Both the position numbers and the translations under genes were made by a program. 64,000 nt of DNA from a candidate division WOR-3 bacterium (GTDB lineage: Bacteria > Hydrothermota > Hydrothermia > LBFQ01 > DSFT01): positions 15,085 through 79,084 of the forward strand of contig JBDRXL010000003.1 in NCBI GenBank assembly GCA_039802865.1, read 5' to 3'. Below are positions 1 to 8,810 of the stretch, piece by piece; position 1 is the first letter of the stretch, and every line of letters starts with the position of its first letter. The notes beneath the pieces were generated by a model that worked only from the letters and a program-made list of their open reading frames with translations, was not told where the DNA came from and did no database searches.

Positions 1-112
1 ATACATCTTCATTTTTATTTCCTGTTCCAATAATAATAGCAATAAGTTCTTCATCTTTAAGATTTTTTACTCCAAGTTTTATTAATTTTTCTCTTGGTAA
101 AATTTTATTCAT
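1..112 (-). CDS. radC: RadC family protein, N-terminal part (runs off window)
   Basis: Manual translation [31 protein letters not shown] matches the RadC N-terminal PREKL...L.D.EL.A...GTG motif; start overlaps pnp stop. Confidence 0.85.
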   Translation of the reverse strand, partial: MNKILPREKLIKLGVKNLKDEELIAIIIGTGNKNEDV

Positions 113-2165
113 TTAAAGCTTGTTTTCTGGATAATTTTGGTCTTCCAAGTTCATCAATTTCAATAACTTTTACAAGCACTTCATCTCCAACTTTAAACAT
201 ATTTCTTAAATCTTTTATTGGGACTTCATCAACTTCTGAAATATGAACCAAACCAATTTTACCAGGCAAAATTTCTACAAATAATCCATAATTTTCAATC
301 CTTGTAATTTTGCCTAAATAAACCTTTCCAACCTCAACTTCTTGTATAATTTCGCTTATCATTTCTTTTGCCTTTTTAACATTTTCATAATCTAAACCAG
401 ATATAAGAGTCTTTCCAGTGTCAAAATCTATTTCAACTTTCGTATTTGTTGTATTTATAATTTTTCTAATAACTTTGCCACCAGGTCCAATTACATCACC
501 AATTTTTTCCATTGGAATATTCATTACTAAAATTTTAGGAGCATATTTTGAAACTTCTTTCCTGGGCTCACTTATTGTTTTTGACATAATATCGAGGATA
601 TATTCTCTTGCTTCCCTAGCCCTTGAAAATGCTTCTTTTATAATTTTTACATTAAGTCCTTTTATTTTAATATCTAGTTGAATTGCGGTTATCCCTTTTC
701 TTGTGCCTGCAATTTTAAAATCCATATCTCCAAAGTGGTCTTCCATACCTACAATATCTGTTAATAATGCATATTTATCATAGTTTTCAAGCACTAATCC
801 AATTGATATACCTGCTACCATGCTTGAAATTGGAACACCTGCATCCATTAAAGCTAATGTTCCACCACATACTGTTGCCATAGATGTGGAGCCATTTGAC
901 TGAGTAATTTCAGATACAAGTCTTATTGTATAGGGAAATTTATCCTCATCTGGTATTACATAGCTTAAGGCCTTTTCTGCAAGAGCACCATGTCCAATTT
1001 CTCTTCTACTTGGTCCTCTTAATGGTCTTACTTCATTTGTTGAAAATGGATGGAAATTATAATGAACCATAAATCTCTTAAATTCCTCTTCCTCTAATTC
1101 TGATAATATTTGGGCATCTCTTCTTGTTCCAAGTGTTGCAATAACAAGTGCTTGTGTTTCTCCTCTTGTGAACAATGCAGAACCATGTGTTCTTGGTAAT
1201 ATACCAACTTCACAACTGATAGGTCTAATATCATTTAATTTTCTACCATCAACTCTTATATTGTTATTTAATATCTCATTTCGCATTATTTGGGCAGATA
1301 TTCTATATAATGCATCTGCTATTTCTATTTCACTATTTGGAAATTTTTCAATTAATTTTTGTGTTATTTCCTTATATAGATTTTCTAATGCTAAATTTCT
1401 TTCACCTTTTGAAGGAATATATAAGGCGCTTTTTATTTGCTCACTAAATAATAAAACTTCATTATATATTTCATCACTTGCTTTTATAATTGTTGGTTCT
1501 GATTTTGGTTTTGAAAATGTTTGTAATAATTCTTCTTGATATTCAATAGTTTTTTCAATATAAGGAATAGCAAATTCAATAGCTGATAGTAATAAATTTT
1601 CTTCGATTTCTTTTCCTCCAAATTCAATCATATGAATATAACCACCCTTTGTTCCAACAATCAGAAGGTCAAATTCACTTTTTTGAGATATCGTAGGATT
1701 TACAACAAATTTGTTGTCTACATATCCTATTCTTACCGCTCCAACCGGTCCTTCAAATGGTATCTCAGATGAACAAAGAGCAAAACTTGCTCCAATAATT
1801 GCAGGAACATAGGGTGGATTTTCATTATCATAAGATAATAAAAGTGCAATTATTTCTACATCATCTATCATTCCCTTTGGAAATAGTGGTCTTATTGAAC
1901 GGTCAATTGCTCTTCCAATTATAATTTCTCTATCTGTTGCTCTTCCTTCTCTTTTTATAAAACCAGCAGGTATTTTACCCGCTGCATAAGCTCCTTCTCT
2001 ATATTCAACAAGAAGAGGAAGAAAATCCTTTTTTTCCTCAGCTTTTTTCCATAAAGCACTTACTAAAACAACAGTATCGCCATAACTGGCAATTACTGTT
2101 GAACTTGCTAAATTTCCAATTTTTCCAAATTCTAACTTCAATATCCTATCACCAATTTCTATCAT
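105..2165 (-). CDS. pnp: polyribonucleotide nucleotidyltransferase (PNPase)
   Basis: Two RNase PH domains ([16 protein letters not shown]), KH (IGPGGK) and S1; follows rpsO. Confidence 0.98.
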   Translation of the reverse strand: MIEIGDRILKLEFGKIGNLASSTVIASYGDTVVLVSALWKKAEEKKDFLPLLVEYREGAYAAGKIPAGFIKREGRATDREIIIGRAIDRSIRPLFPKGMIDDVEIIALLLSYDNENPPYVPAIIGASFALCSSEIPFEGPVGAVRIGYVDNKFVVNPTISQKSEFDLLIVGTKGGYIHMIEFGGKEIEENLLLSAIEFAIPYIEKTIEYQEELLQTFSKPKSEPTIIKASDEIYNEVLLFSEQIKSALYIPSKGERNLALENLYKEITQKLIEKFPNSEIEIADALYRISAQIMRNEILNNNIRVDGRKLNDIRPISCEVGILPRTHGSALFTRGETQALVIATLGTRRDAQILSELEEEEFKRFMVHYNFHPFSTNEVRPLRGPSRREIGHGALAEKALSYVIPDEDKFPYTIRLVSEITQSNGSTSMATVCGGTLALMDAGVPISSMVAGISIGLVLENYDKYALLTDIVGMEDHFGDMDFKIAGTRKGITAIQLDIKIKGLNVKIIKEAFSRAREAREYILDIMSKTISEPRKEVSKYAPKILVMNIPMEKIGDVIGPGGKVIRKIINTTNTKVEIDFDTGKTLISGLDYENVKKAKEMISEIIQEVEVGKVYLGKITRIENYGLFVEILPGKIGLVHISEVDEVPIKDLRNMFKVGDEVLVKVIEIDELGRPKLSRKQALNE

Positions 2166-2434
2166 ACACCCCTTATATTAAGTTTTTTAATAATTTCATT
2201 ATACTTTTCAGGTTTTTCTCTCTTTAAATACTTCAATAGCTTTTTCCTTTTACTTACAAGCTTTTGAAGTCCATATCTACTATGAACATCCTTTCTATGA
2301 ATTTTAAGGTGCTCTGTAAGATAATTTATCCTTTCCGTAAGAAGCGCAATTTGAACTTCTACTGAACCTGTATCATTTTCAGATATTTTAAATTTTTCTA
2401 TTATCTCCCTTTTCTTTTCCTTACTTAATGCCAT
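2162..2434 (-). CDS. rpsO: 30S ribosomal protein S15
   Basis: [13 protein letters not shown]...[18 protein letters not shown]. Confidence 0.98.
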   Translation of the reverse strand: MALSKEKKREIIEKFKISENDTGSVEVQIALLTERINYLTEHLKIHRKDVHSRYGLQKLVSKRKKLLKYLKREKPEKYNEIIKKLNIRGV

Positions 2435-2437
2435 CCG

Positions 2438-2448
2438 AAAATTTTAAA
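2438..2448 (-). promoter_or_regulatory. TTTAAAATTTT element (putative -10, leaderless) for rpsO-pnp
   Basis: Minus strand CCTTTAAAATTTTCGG-ATG, no SD. Confidence 0.7.
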
Positions 2449-2482
2449 GGATAACCCTTACTTGATACTTTTAATTTTATCC

Positions 2483-2493
2483 TTTAAAATTTT
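2483..2493 (+). promoter_or_regulatory. TTTAAAATTTT element for PqqD-family gene
   Basis: CCTTTAAAATTTTGGACT-ATG. Confidence 0.7.
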
Positions 2494-2498
2494 GGACT

Positions 2499-2825
2499 AT
2501 GACCAGAAGAACGTTTTTAAAAATAGTAGCAATTGGGGGGCTCTTTGGTTTTGCTCTAAAAGGAAACCTCTTTGCCAATGCATATCCTAAGAAGTCCATA
2601 GAATATGTAAGGGAAAGTTCAGATGGTTATGAATTAGTTTTATCAGATGGTTCTACTTTATCTGTAAATGAAACTGGACTTTATGTAATAGGGAGGTTAA
2701 AGGAAGGGGCAAGTGTAAATGAGATAGTAAATGAGCTTTCTAAACTTACAAATAAAGATAAAAGTATTATAAGGGATGATATTGAAGTATTTTTGAATAA
2801 TTTGAGAATTTTGAGAATTATTTAG
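2499..2825 (+). CDS. PqqD/RRE-family protein with twin-arginine signal peptide
   Basis: MTRRTFLK plus hydrophobic stretch; C-terminal VNETGLYVIGRL..GASVNEIVNELS...IRDDIEVFLNNL is typical of the PqqD winged helix. Confidence 0.75.
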   Translation: MTRRTFLKIVAIGGLFGFALKGNLFANAYPKKSIEYVRESSDGYELVLSDGSTLSVNETGLYVIGRLKEGASVNEIVNELSKLTNKDKSIIRDDIEVFLNNLRILRII

Positions 2826-3120
2826 TTGAATTTTCGTAAATAATTTTTCCTTCCTTTTTAGCAAAATAAATTATCAAAGAATTGCCTTTTTCCCATTCTT
2901 CATCAGAATAATATATGATATCAAATGGTTTAGCGATATTTTCCACCAATTTCCAATGAATATGCTTTGTTAAACTTGCAATTTCAAATCTATCAATATC
3001 ACTATTTTCCTTTTCTTTCCCCTTTGCATAAGAACCAAAAATGATAATTTTTTCAATACTAATTTAATTTCTCCTTTAGCCATTGGAAAAACTCCTTTTA
3101 TCATATTCGTTTAAAAGTTT
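2818..3120 (-). pseudogene. degraded MNT (minimal nucleotidyltransferase) antitoxin
   Basis: Minus-strand frame KIIIFGSYAKGKEKENSDID (GS...DxD) with no intact start; follows HEPN remnant; 5' boundary approximate. Confidence 0.7.
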
Positions 3121-3127
3121 CTGGATA

Positions 3128-3338
3128 TCATCGGGATATCGTGTAGTTATACTTATATTGAGAAGGAATTTTAAGACCGATTTTTTTTGGTTCTTCGTTA
3201 AATTTTTTTGAGTAAATACCTTTTAATGCTTTTTCAATTGATAGGTGACACATAAAAACTGTATATATATATCTTCCTGCTTTAAACATTGCTTCTTTTG
3301 AGCCATTCCTCAAATGGTTTAAAAGACTTTTCTTTCAT
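3128..3338 (-). pseudogene. degraded HEPN-domain toxin
   Basis: ATG at 3338 gives MKEKSFKPFEEWLK then a stop; another frame continues EAMFKAGRYIYTVFMCHLSIEKALKG (HEPN); truncated. Confidence 0.75.
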
Positions 3339-3342
3339 TAGC

Positions 3343-3354
3343 TTAAAATTTTAA
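3343..3354. promoter_or_regulatory. palindromic TTAAAATTTTAA shared by divergent HEPN remnant and kdsB
   Basis: Lies in the 21 bp between CAT(3336-3338) and ATG(3360). Confidence 0.6.
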
Positions 3355-3359
3355 ACCTT

Positions 3360-4091
3360 ATGAAAAATATTATTGTAATTCCTGCTCGTTATCATTCTAC
3401 AAGACTAAAGGGAAAAGTTTTATTAAAGCTTGGAAATAAAGCAGTTTTAGAATGGGTTTTAGATAATGTTTCAAAGTCTAAGTTTGCAGATGATATAGTA
3501 GTAGCAACAGAAGATGAAAGAGTTTATGAATTTGTAATAAGGCTTGGTTATAAGTGTTTTATAACATCAGATAAGCATGAGAGTGGAACTGATAGAATTG
3601 GTGAGGTTTTAATGAATTTACAAAACTATTATTATATTATAAATGTTCAAGCGGATGAGCCTTTTATAAAACCAGAAATTATAGATAAAATTTTTGAAGA
3701 ATTACACAATGAAAAAAATGCCCATATTGTAACTCCAATTACAATAATAAATAACTTACAAGAAATAAATAATCCAAATGTTGTAAAGGTCGTATTTGAT
3801 AAAAATTATTATGCTATTTATTTTTCAAGAAGTCCAATTCCATACAATAGAGGAGGTAATGCAATTTATTATAAACATATTGGGCTTTATGGATATAAAA
3901 GAGATGCTTTATTTAGCTTTATAAATTTGCCAAAGTCCTATCTTGAAAATGTAGAGAAATTAGAACAATTGAGAGCGATTGAAAATGGTTTAAAAATTAA
4001 ATGTGTAGTTGTAGATTACGAAGGAATTTCTATTGATACGAAGGAAGATTTAGAAAGGGCAGAGGAGTTTATAAAGAAATTAAAGTTATAG
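3360..4091 (+). CDS. kdsB: 3-deoxy-manno-octulosonate cytidylyltransferase
   Basis: IPARYHSTRL, SGTDR, NVQADEP, HIGLY, EKLEQLRA. Confidence 0.95.
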   Translation: MKNIIVIPARYHSTRLKGKVLLKLGNKAVLEWVLDNVSKSKFADDIVVATEDERVYEFVIRLGYKCFITSDKHESGTDRIGEVLMNLQNYYYIINVQADEPFIKPEIIDKIFEELHNEKNAHIVTPITIINNLQEINNPNVVKVVFDKNYYAIYFSRSPIPYNRGGNAIYYKHIGLYGYKRDALFSFINLPKSYLENVEKLEQLRAIENGLKIKCVVVDYEGISIDTKEDLERAEEFIKKLKL

Positions 4092-4593
4092 TTAAGTTCT
4101 TGATTTTTTCTTTTTTTATTTTAAATCCTTCAATTTCTACATCTGAAAATATAATAAAACTTCCACTTTCATTTAAAAACTTTTTTAGATGCTTTAATAA
4201 TTCTTCATAATTTCCCAGAGCTCTTGCTAATATATAATCAAACTTAAAATTAAAATTCACATTTTTATAATCTTGGTTTATAACAAAAACATCTTTTAAA
4301 TTTAATTGCTTTATTGCAATTTCTAAAAATGTGCATTTTTTTTCACTTCTTTCAACAAGATAAACCTTTAAATCATTTCTTACAATTTTTAATGGAATTC
4401 CCACAATTCCACCACCACTTCCAACATCCATTATAACACTATTTTCTTTAATAAATTTTTGAATGTAAATACTTTGACTTATTAACTCATTCAAATTTGC
4501 ATTCTTTGAAGTTAAATGTAAAACTTTATTGTACTTTTTCAAAAGCTCCTTGTATATAATTAATGATTTTTTCTCTTGCATATGAATTATCAA
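4069..4593 (-). CDS. rsmG: 16S rRNA m7G527 methyltransferase (start uncertain)
   Basis: DVGSGGGIVGIPL, VERSEKKCTFL, FDYILARA. Confidence 0.8.
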   Translation of the reverse strand: MIIHMQEKKSLIIYKELLKKYNKVLHLTSKNANLNELISQSIYIQKFIKENSVIMDVGSGGGIVGIPLKIVRNDLKVYLVERSEKKCTFLEIAIKQLNLKDVFVINQDYKNVNFNFKFDYILARALGNYEELLKHLKKFLNESGSFIIFSDVEIEGFKIKKEKIKNLTITLISL

Positions 4594-5554
4594 CTTTCAT
4601 AAGATTTTTCTTATATTCTTCTCTGCGATTCATTAGTTCAATAATTGCTTCTTTAAGAACATTTAATTCTAAGTCTTTTTCTTCTATCATAATTCCACAC
4701 TTCCTATCCACCATTGCTTTTGCATTATAATATTGATGGTTATCTTTTGCTTTTGGATAAGGGATATATATTGCTGGAATTTTAAAATATAAAAGCTCAG
4801 CAATAGCACTTCCTCCTGCCCTTGATATTGCTATATCGCTTGCAGAATAAGGAACACTCATATCTTCAAAAAATTCAAAAACCTTTACGTTTTTTGGAAT
4901 ATAAACATCATTCCATAATCTATCATGGTCTTTACCAGCAATTAAAATAAATTCATAATTATAAAGTTTTTCTGCAACTTTTACAACTAATCTATTTATT
5001 TTTCTTGAACCTTGACTTCCACCAAGAACAAGAATAACTTTTGAATTTTGTGGAATTCTTAAAATTTCTCTTGCTTCTTGCTTAGAAACTTTATTAAAAA
5101 TTCTAACAGGAACACCTGTTACAACAAGATTATTTTTCTTTTTAAAATAATTTTTTGCTTCTTCAAATGGTAAAAATACATATTTTGCACTTTTGCTAAA
5201 CATCCTTACAACCCTTCCAGGAACAACATTTTCTTCAATTAAATAGTAAGGCTTTCTAAATAGCCATGCCCAAAGTAATATTGGAAATGATGCATAAGAG
5301 CCTGTTGCAATAATTTTTTTCTCTGAAAATACCCTTCTAAAAACTCTTATTGTATGTAATATAAGACTCAATTTGTCATATTTTGAATATATTTTTGCAT
5401 TAAATTCTTCAAAGGCTTTTGTCTCTATTTTCGGTCCAATAACTATCATTTTATATTTACCATTTCTCATTTTTATTTCTTGTGCTATTGCAATAGCAGG
5501 GAAAATATGTCCTCCTGTTCCCCCTGTTACAATCAAAAAACATTCATTATTCAT
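4526..5554 (-). CDS. murG: UDP-GlcNAc:lipid I GlcNAc transferase
   Basis: GGTGGHIFP, GGSQGS, SRAGGS, HQYYNA. Confidence 0.95.
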   Translation of the reverse strand: MNNECFLIVTGGTGGHIFPAIAIAQEIKMRNGKYKMIVIGPKIETKAFEEFNAKIYSKYDKLSLILHTIRVFRRVFSEKKIIATGSYASFPILLWAWLFRKPYYLIEENVVPGRVVRMFSKSAKYVFLPFEEAKNYFKKKNNLVVTGVPVRIFNKVSKQEAREILRIPQNSKVILVLGGSQGSRKINRLVVKVAEKLYNYEFILIAGKDHDRLWNDVYIPKNVKVFEFFEDMSVPYSASDIAISRAGGSAIAELLYFKIPAIYIPYPKAKDNHQYYNAKAMVDRKCGIMIEEKDLELNVLKEAIIELMNRREEYKKNLMKVDNSYAREKIINYIQGAFEKVQ

Positions 5555-6323
5555 AACTTTCCTCCAAGCTTGGAAACTTGTTTCCTTTTACATCTTCAAT
5601 ATAATTTTTAACTGCATTTAAAAATAACTCATAAGCATTTAGATATTTTCTAACAAACTTAAATTTTTGTTTATTAAGTCCTATCATATCATGGAAAACT
5701 AATACTTGACCATCACAATGGGGACCAGATGCTATTCCTATTGTTGGTATGTTTATAGCTTTTGTAATTTTTTCTGCAAGCTTGTAAGAAACTTTTTCTA
5801 ATACTATTGAGAATGCTCCTGCTTGTTCTAAGCTTTTTGCAACATCAATTAAACTTTCATCTGTTGCAAGTTTATAACCATAAAGATGAACTCTTTGGGG
5901 CATAAGTCCAATATGTCCCATTACAGGAACTCCATAAGTAGTTAATTTATTAACTAAATCTAAAATTTCATAACCCCCTTCAATTTTTACTCCATCGCAA
6001 TTACCTTCCTTTAAAAATCTCATGGCATTTCTTATCCCTTCTTCTAAGGAGATTTGGTATGACATAAATGGCATATCACCAATTACAAGAGCTCTTTCTA
6101 CTGCTTTTGAAACAATTTTACAATGATATATCATTTCATCCATACTAACAGGAATTGTTGTTGTATTGCCTTGAATGACATTTGATAAAGAATCACCTAC
6201 CAAAATTATATCAATTCCAGCTTCATCTAAAATTTTTGCAGTTATATAATCATAAGCGGTAAGTGATGTTATTTTCTCTTTTCCTTTTTTTGATACAATA
6301 TCGCTTACTTTTAACTTACTCAT
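5547..6323 (-). CDS. panB: 3-methyl-2-oxobutanoate hydroxymethyltransferase
   Basis: TAYDY, LVGDSL, DMPFMSY, GHIGL, CDGQVLV. Confidence 0.97.
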   Translation of the reverse strand: MSKLKVSDIVSKKGKEKITSLTAYDYITAKILDEAGIDIILVGDSLSNVIQGNTTTIPVSMDEMIYHCKIVSKAVERALVIGDMPFMSYQISLEEGIRNAMRFLKEGNCDGVKIEGGYEILDLVNKLTTYGVPVMGHIGLMPQRVHLYGYKLATDESLIDVAKSLEQAGAFSIVLEKVSYKLAEKITKAINIPTIGIASGPHCDGQVLVFHDMIGLNKQKFKFVRKYLNAYELFLNAVKNYIEDVKGNKFPSLEESYE

Positions 6324-6634
6324 AATCCTTTTTTAATACCTACTATATAAGCCAAGAAAATAATAATAAAAATTAAAAATGAAGTTAATTTATTTCCCAG
6401 CATTTTTGAAAATGGAATTAAAATAATAGGCAATAAAGCAAGGATATAATGTAAATTCACATTTCTTTCTCCATTTATAAGAAGAATTATTCCAACTATA
6501 TATTGGAAAAATAGGATGATATCTGCAATTCTTCTAAATTTTTTAGAAATGCCTTCATTAAATAAAGCTAATATAAATGTTATAAAATACATTAAAATAA
6601 GTGTTCCGCCTAAGATATGATGAAGTAAGGACAT
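6320..6634 (-). CDS. small 4-TM membrane protein, unknown function
   Basis: Hydrophobic ORF; upstream TTAAAATTTTCAA-ATG element; stop overlaps panB start. Confidence 0.75.
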   Translation of the reverse strand: MSLLHHILGGTLILMYFITFILALFNEGISKKFRRIADIILFFQYIVGIILLINGERNVNLHYILALLPIILIPFSKMLGNKLTSFLIFIIIFLAYIVGIKKGL

Positions 6635-6643
6635 TTGAAAATT

Positions 6644-7327
6644 TTAAGGCTTAGTATAAAATACACCTAAGGTGCTTGAGCCATAGGCGATAAATGAAAA
6701 CTTATAACCTGGATATGGCTTAAATTTATCTAAAATTGTATAATTTACTAGAAATATTCTTATTTCATATCTACTATCCTTTGTATCAATATAATAACCT
6801 GGAATTACAATGCTGTCAGTTTCTTTTGGTAAAAAATCTGTTTGATAAACAAGTGTAGGGTTTTTACTTTTATTTTCAAAGAAAACAACAAATTTATAAT
6901 CATAAGTTTGAGTATATTTTTGACTTACTTTCCATTTAACTATTAAATCTTGATATAATGATATGGTTTGAGATTCAGGATAGATAATAATAAATGTATC
7001 AGGAAGATAAATCGTTTTAAAATCAATGCTTTCAGAAATATCTCCATAAAATAGCTTTAAGTTATATGGCTTATTCTCATAATAAGGATACTCTAAAACA
7101 TAAAATGGATGAATATAATTTAGTTTTTGGTCATTAAGAAATATACTTGCATCTGATATAACTTGTGAGTTTTTTACATCATATAGCGCAGTATAAATTG
7201 TGCTAAATCCTGCTTGAGAATCTTTATAGAAAATCCCATATAAACTTATATCATAATTTGAACTTGACTTTTTACAAGATATAAAGAAGACAAGAAAAAT
7301 TGTTAAAAAAATTAAAGTCCTTTTCAT
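6644..7327 (-). CDS. putative lipoprotein
   Basis: MKR-hydrophobic-FISC lipobox; ISDASIFLND resembles the neighbouring gene. Confidence 0.75.
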   Translation of the reverse strand: MKRTLIFLTIFLVFFISCKKSSSNYDISLYGIFYKDSQAGFSTIYTALYDVKNSQVISDASIFLNDQKLNYIHPFYVLEYPYYENKPYNLKLFYGDISESIDFKTIYLPDTFIIIYPESQTISLYQDLIVKWKVSQKYTQTYDYKFVVFFENKSKNPTLVYQTDFLPKETDSIVIPGYYIDTKDSRYEIRIFLVNYTILDKFKPYPGYKFSFIAYGSSTLGVFYTKP

Positions 7328-7980
7328 CTTATTTTAATAACCTTATTAGCTCCTCTTCCTATAAAAATCAAAGAACTTGGAAAATTCGGATAAGGGTCAA
7401 AATTTTCAATAATGCAAAAGTTTCCACTTATAAATAATAAATCATAATCACCAATTTCTAAATTTGAAGTATTCAACTGATAGCTTGTATCTCCAATAGG
7501 AATATAACCACTCCCAAAACTAAATTCAGCACTTCCTCCTTTTCTTAATAATATCATATTATTCCCACTTGGATTAGTATAGTATTGCCACCTTATGTAA
7601 ATGCTTTCACCCTTATTTACACTATCTCTATCAGTATAAATTTTTACACTATCCAAATCATTTGATAAACAATTTAAACTTATATTGTAGTTCTGAAAAC
7701 TTATATCAATTTTATAGTTTTGATTTTTTTTGTAATTTAAAATTGCTGCATAACCGAATGCGGTTCCATTATAACTTATATTATTATCATTTATTTTAAC
7801 AGTTGCATCTGATATATATACATTGTCAGTTAAGTTTTTAATTCTAATAAGAGCACTTGCTAAGGTATCAGGATATCCATATAAAGTATTTATCGTCCCT
7901 GCAATAGCATATTTTGTTATATTTTTATTTTCCTGTTTTCCACATCCCAATAACATTAAAACAAAAATTAGAATTATCAT
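7324..7980 (-). CDS. putative lipoprotein, probable paralog of 6644..7327
   Basis: MIILIFVLMLLGC lipobox; ISDATVKIND; FDPYP versus FKPYP near the C-terminus. Confidence 0.75.
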   Translation of the reverse strand: MIILIFVLMLLGCGKQENKNITKYAIAGTINTLYGYPDTLASALIRIKNLTDNVYISDATVKINDNNISYNGTAFGYAAILNYKKNQNYKIDISFQNYNISLNCLSNDLDSVKIYTDRDSVNKGESIYIRWQYYTNPSGNNMILLRKGGSAEFSFGSGYIPIGDTSYQLNTSNLEIGDYDLLFISGNFCIIENFDPYPNFPSSLIFIGRGANKVIKIR

Positions 7981-8543
7981 CTTATAAAACCAAAACCTAT
8001 GTTAAATATGGGAACATTGTAATCTGGTCTTAAATAGATGTTTATACCACCTTGAACGAATGATTTATTGTAAATAATTGAAAGTGAGTTTAAAGATGTT
8101 ATAATGCTAAAATTCTTGTAATCATAGATAAGTTTTAAAATCCCATAGAAATACTTTTGATTATAAGGTTTGAAAGGTCTTAAATTTAAATCTATATCAT
8201 ATATAACTTCACTTTTTAAACTTAAATTATTTAAAATGCGGTTTTTTATGCCAACATTTATTCTTAAATAATTTGATGTATCTGAGAAGTTTTCAAATAC
8301 TTGATATTGATTTAAGCTTGTTAAATTAATGTTAAATGAAAAATTTTCATATATTCTTTTTTCAAATCCACTGTTTATTATAATTTCCGAAAGGCTTTTG
8401 TCCCCCGATGGGGTTTTTGCTTTACTAACACTTACTCCATAAAATCCATTTATAAATATATTATTAGATATTCTTGCTCTTTCCATCGTTATATTGTATC
8501 CACTACAACCAATTAGCAAAATAAATAAAAACTTCTTTATAAT
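7977..8543 (-). CDS. putative lipoprotein/outer-membrane protein; start probably ATT/ATA (8543/8540) rather than TTG 8519
   Basis: In-frame upstream IIKKFLFILLIGC completes a lipoprotein signal; C-terminus FNIGFGFIR is beta-strand-like. Confidence 0.6.
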   Translation of the reverse strand: MIKKFLFILLIGCSGYNITMERARISNNIFINGFYGVSVSKAKTPSGDKSLSEIIINSGFEKRIYENFSFNINLTSLNQYQVFENFSDTSNYLRINVGIKNRILNNLSLKSEVIYDIDLNLRPFKPYNQKYFYGILKLIYDYKNFSIITSLNSLSIIYNKSFVQGGINIYLRPDYNVPIFNIGFGFIR

Positions 8544-8546
8544 AGT

Positions 8547-8560
8547 TTTAAAATTTTAAA
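8547..8560 (-). promoter_or_regulatory. TTTAAAATTTTAAA element for lipoprotein cluster
   Basis: Directly upstream of the proposed start. Confidence 0.6.
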
Positions 8561-8792
8561 GCATTAGATACCGACTTTAAAGTGAAGGAGAAATTTGAGA
8601 ACAGGGACTTCCACCTCTTCCCATTAAAATGTTCTAAAATAAAATCATGAAAATTAAATCCTCACGATTCTAAATTTTTATTACTTGTGAAAGAATAATC
8701 TTCAAATAGGGCACCCATCACCTTAAAATTAAGCAAATAGAGAGGTCTTTTTTAAAAACAACAAGTTAAGTTTTCAATAATTTTAAACTCAC

Positions 8793-8806
8793 TTTAAAAT
8801 TTTAAA
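8793..8806 (+). promoter_or_regulatory. TTTAAAATTTTAAA element for rtcB
   Basis: CTTTAAAATTTTAAACATT-ATG. Confidence 0.65.
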
Positions 8807-8810
8807 CATT

